64,000 bases of DNA from Bugula neritina (lineage: Eukaryota; Animalia; Bryozoa). Position numbers and translations under genes: made by a program. The notes under the pieces were generated by a model. It was not told where the DNA came from. It was given only the letters and a program-made list of their open reading frames with translations, and did no database searches. Where the stretch lies: NCBI GenBank assembly GCA_964035545.1, contig OZ037765.1, positions 22,381,504-22,445,503 on the forward strand, in the 5' to 3' direction. Below are positions 50,987-64,000 of this stretch, one piece after another; positions within the stretch are counted from its first letter, which is position 1, and every line of letters starts with the position of its first letter.

Positions 50987-53900
50987 ATGTGGATCACATT
51001 TATATTGTTTAATATAATTTGCTTAATAATTATTCTAAAATCTGTGCTATCCTACTTGCTCAACATAAGAAAGCTGCCGAGGGGACCAATACCTATTCCG
51101 TTCTATGGTAACAAGACCCCAAAAGATGTGCATCCTGGACTTTGTCAATGGTACAGTGATCTGCGAGATATGTATGGCGACATTTTTACAGTATATCATG
51201 GCTCAAAACCAACCATTGTGGGTATGTACATAATATTTTATTAAACTGCTCTTCTAGATATATAAATTGTGCAATAGCATATGTTGTTGAATGTGCTATT
51301 TGCTTTAACTTGAACTTAAAAACATATGCATGTTTCTACTGTTATGTCTTTATAATCACTGGCTTGATAATTACTTGGTTAAATAAACACCAGCAGAGTA
51401 CTGGTGCCCTAAAAAGCACCAGTAACATTGCTCTTGTGCAGCACTAAAACCTTCCAGCTATGTTTCCAGCATACAGTTTGGGACAAAGAGTTTGATTTTA
51501 ACTTTAAATAAGAATCAGTTGCTATGACATCATACAAGAACTAAATATTAAATTTAATTTGTGTGACCAATAGAAAATTTTATTGATTATATGAATTTAA
51601 CAGAAATGACAATAAATTCAATAAAAATACTCTAGTAAAAACATTTTGCATTATCTGAGATCTTGAATATTTAAAACTGCAAAGCAAATAATCTATATCA
51701 GGATTTCTACATTCTGTTCCATGCCTCATTCCGACAGTTTATATATTTATAATTTATAGTGAATGGATTTGATACAGTGAATGAACTGTTAATAAACAAT
51801 GGGAGTATTGTTCATACTAGACCTGAATCAGGAGTTCTGAGCTTTCTGCACGATGGTGCAGGTGAATAACTGCTTACTACTGTACAACTTATAATAGTAT
51901 AATCTTTATTCCAACAATAATATTCTAAGAAGTATAATAGTATTAAGAATTAGTTTGGTTGTCAATTTAAAACCATTCTGCAGCTATTTCATAAAGTTAC
52001 ACATTATGCAGCAAATTAAGCAGCCATGCATGTTCTTCAGCATGTAACAGCCCAGTATAATATCTTCATTTTATCTAATATTTGTATTACTAATTTCTTA
52101 TGCAATTTTTTAGGACTCGTTTGGAATAATAGCTCTTATAAAACTATCAGAAAAATATCCTCCATTGCTATGAAATCCTCAATTCACAGCTCTGAAGCAG
52201 ATATAAACGAAAAAGTGAGTTTAAAATCTATAAGAATGCAGCAATAACCTACAGGACATGCATTATATTTGGTAATACATACAATAACAATAACTTTAGT
52301 CTTACTACTTTGTTAAATAATCTATAACAAGCTTAGCCATATTGATTTATTTGTATTTTTGTTGTACAAAACTTGCAAAAATGTTGTAAAATTGCAGCTA
52401 AGAGAAGTTCTGAAGGGGTTTGAAGGCTGTGTGATTGATTTATCTAACCCTTTAAAAAACTTGGTCTCTGATAACATTTGCCAACTGATATTTGGAGAAG
52501 AAAATAAAGAGGTTAGTTTTATTACATTTTTATTTCCAGTTTGCTATAAACCTTAGTGTTAATAAACAAAACTAAAAAACTTTTGCTGTAAATTTCAGTC
52601 ATGGCTGACACAAATTAAGTTACGGGTCAATTGTATGACTTTTGTTACAAATTAGGCAGTAAACACAGCAAAGTGCAGAAAGAGAGAGAGCTGGTGACGC
52701 CATCACTACTGCAACTACTCTTATCACCAATTGGTGTACAAAATGCTTATATCTATGCCAATTAGCTGAAACCTTTTGGCAAATTTTGAGGCAAGGTCAA
52801 TAAATGTTGTTATAAAAACATTTATTTTTTTTGTTTTTAGAAGTTTGGCAAAATAATGGAGCTGCATTTTGGATCCTTACAGCTACTGGGGGTGAATAAA
52901 GTCGACAGTATCATAAGACTGCCTTTCCTTAAGTATTTACCAGGCTTTAGCTCTAACTGGAAAGAAAGCATTGAATACAAAAACAAGTTTAAAGGTTATA
53001 TGGGCGAGGTATGTATCTATATTTGTGAAACTACCTGTAATAAACTACTTTGGAATTTATTGTTTTCAGCTTTGATTGCAGATCACTTAAAATATTTTTT
53101 ATTTACATGAAATTAAAATCTTATTCTTGCAGATTTTGCAGGAGCAAACACGACAATTTACTAGTGACAAGATTTGTGAAAACTTTTTTGATACCTTTAT
53201 AAGGCACAAGCAGACACAAAAAACTAACCAACTTGGTGGTAAGTAATTGCATCACAGGTTTTATTTTATAACAAAATGTCTCTTATGGTACATAATAAAT
53301 CAAACTATTAAACATTTGTCATCTCTTGTGAGGTCTTTTCACGATGTTTATCTAACACATGGAGATGAAACTTCGTACTGCTGTACAGTTTCTGAAACTT
53401 GTGAAAATGTTGCCAAGTCCTGAATAATAATTAGGCAGGCAGTAATGCCTATTACTCTATAATTTACAGTTGAAGACTGTTTTGCCACAGTAATGCAGCT
53501 TATGCTAGCTGGTATGGATGCAGTTCATGGAAGTCTAATGTGGCTCTTCTTATACATCACCATAGACACCTCTGTGCAACAAAAAATGATAGAAGAAATT
53601 ATTTCTGAAATTGGTAAGCAATGAATATTGTTTTACCATAACATATATGGGCTATGCTATCTTAATTTTTTTCATTGATATAATGGAGAGTTGTTAAAAA
53701 ACTCTTAAAATGTGTAATTGTTATATAGTATGCATCTGGAATAAATCAAGATTTCAGTATACATTAAGAATATATTTGACAATTTAAATACTGTTGACTA
53801 AAAGAAGATGAGCACTATGTGTATGAGAAACACTTTTTTATTGTTGGAGTTGTTATCAAAATACAAATCATAATCAGAATCTGATTATGGACTTTGCAAC

Positions 53901-54574
53901 AATTGGTAGGATTAGAGACGAGGCCAAGGCAGAAGCATATGAGCTCATTACCTTACTGCATGGCAGTCATCTACGAGACTTTGAGAATAAGCAATGTGGC
54001 CTTCACTTCCTTGCCCTATACCAACCAGGAGACTGTAACTATAAAGGGAACAACAATACCTGCCAACTCATCCATCATTGTCAACCTTGTGTCAATAAAT
54101 AAAGACCCAGTCACTTTTCCGGAGCCTGAAAAATTTTTACCAGATCGATTTGTTGACAAAGATGGAAACCTGCAGAACATCACTCAGTTTGCACCCTTTT
54201 CAATCGGTAAGTTCTAACAAGTTTTAAACAGCTGCTTGTCTTAACTTGTTCAAGATATCATTTCATCAATCATTTCATTGCCACTGCACCAATTTGTCAA
54301 GTAAATATCTGCCATTTTAGTTATGTTATAGTGTGCACTAGTTGGCTGTTCATTATGTGTTCAACCATTTATAGGTAGAAGAGCTTGTTTGGGGGAGGCT
54401 TTCTCAAAAGCTGGGATATTTACTGCTATGGTCACAGTCCTGCAGAAGTATGAACTGTGTGCTGTAGAAGGAGAAGCCTATGAGACCAAGCCAATGATGG
54501 GCTTCCTAAGTACCCCTCCGCCTTACAAACTTTTACTTAAATCTAGAACAAGCAGCACTACCTCACAAGAGTAG
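50987..54574 (+). CDS. Microsomal cytochrome P450, clan-2 (CYP2)-like, 9 exons, about 488 aa
   Basis: Exons: 50987-51221, 51760-51861, 52114-52214, 52398-52511, 52841-53008, 53133-53238, 53470-53613, 53910-54206, 54375-54574 (TAG); 1467 nt, open frame. Features: N-terminal membrane anchor, KLPRGPIPIPFYGN hinge, YGDIFTVYHG, I-helix QLMLAGMDAV, ExxR = ETLR, FPEPEKFLPDRF, heme loop PFSIGRRACLGE. Confidence 0.93.
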
Positions 54575-54595
54575 TTGACAAGTTATAAAATATAA

Positions 54596-54604
54596 TTTAT
54601 TAAA
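54596..54604. terminator. Overlapping candidate poly(A) signals: AATAAA on minus (IGBP1, 54596-54601) and ATTAAA on plus (P450, 54599-54604)
   Basis: TTTATTAAA lies in the 243-bp gap between the two convergent stop codons. Confidence 0.45.
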
Positions 54605-54817
54605 TTATATCATAGCCAAAGGCTTAAGAGAAACTCTGTGAGAAGATAATTATATAGTACAATATTGTATTATTCAATATCTAAATGCAGTTGAGTGATG
54701 ATATAAAAGGATAATCACAATGTAAAAGAATGCCACATGCTGGAAATTTAATTTGAACCATTAGGTTTTTTTTTAAAAAGTTGTTGATTTTCTTCATAGC
54801 TCTAAGTATTGAACAAA

Positions 54818-63138
<8,321 letters not shown>

Positions 63139-63139
63139 G

Positions 63140-63720
63140 ACTAGTATAATTCAAAAACAGTAATTACATTTATGAAAACATCTTTAAAATATGCTGAGAG
63201 ATAGAATTTGAAATTCGCTGAAATGTTCATGCAGGAAAAACCATAGCGGATTAAAAGGAAATGTACATTAGCCTTGACCCGATAGTGCAGGCTATGCAAT
63301 AGCAGTAGCAAAGTATCATCATCAAAATTGTAGACGAAGTGTAATGAGAAAAGACTATAAACAAGAAGCGATAATTTCTAAAAGCGTGTTACACAGTGGT
63401 GAAGTCACGTGCTTCTGTTATGGTGATGTTCATCCGGGTATTTGCATATCTGCTCAGCGAAACCCAACAGCTGCAAATATAGTTTCAACAACAAAACCTG
63501 GATTCTGTTTGCAAATCGGTACCACAATTAATTTCTATTAATTTTTTACACCCTCTGTTGTAAACTGTTTGAAATCATAATATGTATTAAAATCTAATTT
63601 ATTTAATATCAAATGCTCGGGGGAAGAACAAAGTGTAACAGTAATGTCGAGAACATCAAGGACAAGTTCAACATGAACCTGAAGTTCAAGTTGAACATCC
63701 CGAGAGTCCGACGCTGTCTC
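63140..63720. promoter_or_regulatory. Putative IGBP1 promoter region (CpG-containing island, possibly bidirectional)
   Basis: Directly upstream of the IGBP1 ATG, with more CpG than its flanks. Contains E-box GTCACGTG (63404-63411) and octamer ATTTGCAT (63440-63447), and is bracketed by TA-rich low-complexity tracts like the 20-kb promoter. Confidence 0.4.
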
Positions 63721-64000
63721 TAGTCTAGGGCTAGGCCTAGTTATATAACTAACTAACTAACTCCTAATAGTTAATACTCATCTCATCACTATGAATAAGT
63801 CTGTTGGGCAATGATTAAGGAGTTGAACTTAAATGTAAATTAAGTATTACTTGACTATTAGTATTACATTTACTGTAAGTGTATTACTATTTCAAGTATT
63901 TGTATTGGTGTCAACCTGAGCTCTTAAAGTTAAACAGTAACACTAACAGTAACACAGAACAGTAACAAAATTTAATATTGATATATTTTAATTTATAATT

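Noticed and set aside
52155-52367. Possible U12 AT-AC intron in the P450 (ATATCCTC ... GTAC)
   Set aside because: The donor deviates from ATATCCTT, no U12 branch site was seen, and the GT-AG model keeps the expected C-helix region RKISSIAMK.

Overview
AT-rich, intron-rich animal genomic DNA, probably an invertebrate (inferred from composition and the presence of one gene per family). It is not prokaryotic, so most six-frame ORFs are exon fragments or noise. I assembled four complete spliced genes by hand from GT-AG boundaries with consistent phases. (1) FAM13-family RhoGAP, minus strand, 19 coding exons, 2942-18263, about 958 aa. (2) MPRIP/outspread-like gene with two PH domains and a long coiled coil, plus strand, 31 coding exons, 20336-48687, about 2226 aa, head-to-head with FAM13 across a short CpG-containing promoter island. 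(3) Clan-2-like cytochrome P450, plus strand, 9 exons, 50987-54574, about 488 aa, with the conserved I-helix Thr replaced by Ala. (4) IGBP1/alpha4/TAP42, minus strand, 10 exons, 54818-63138, about 347 aa, tail-to-tail with the P450 and with overlapping candidate poly(A) signals. Introns hold two foldback/MITE-like elements, two minisatellites, an (AT)70 microsatellite and a possible tRNA-derived SINE head. No CRISPR array, rRNA or intact tRNA was seen. The most interesting signals are the Thr-less P450, the Rho/phosphatase-regulator neighbourhood with a bidirectional promoter, periodic TA-rich tracts bracketing both promoter islands, and a 1248-nt symmetric exon in the MPRIP-like gene. Family assignments come from recognised motifs, not database searches. 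I found no clearly new biological system; the findings are hypotheses.
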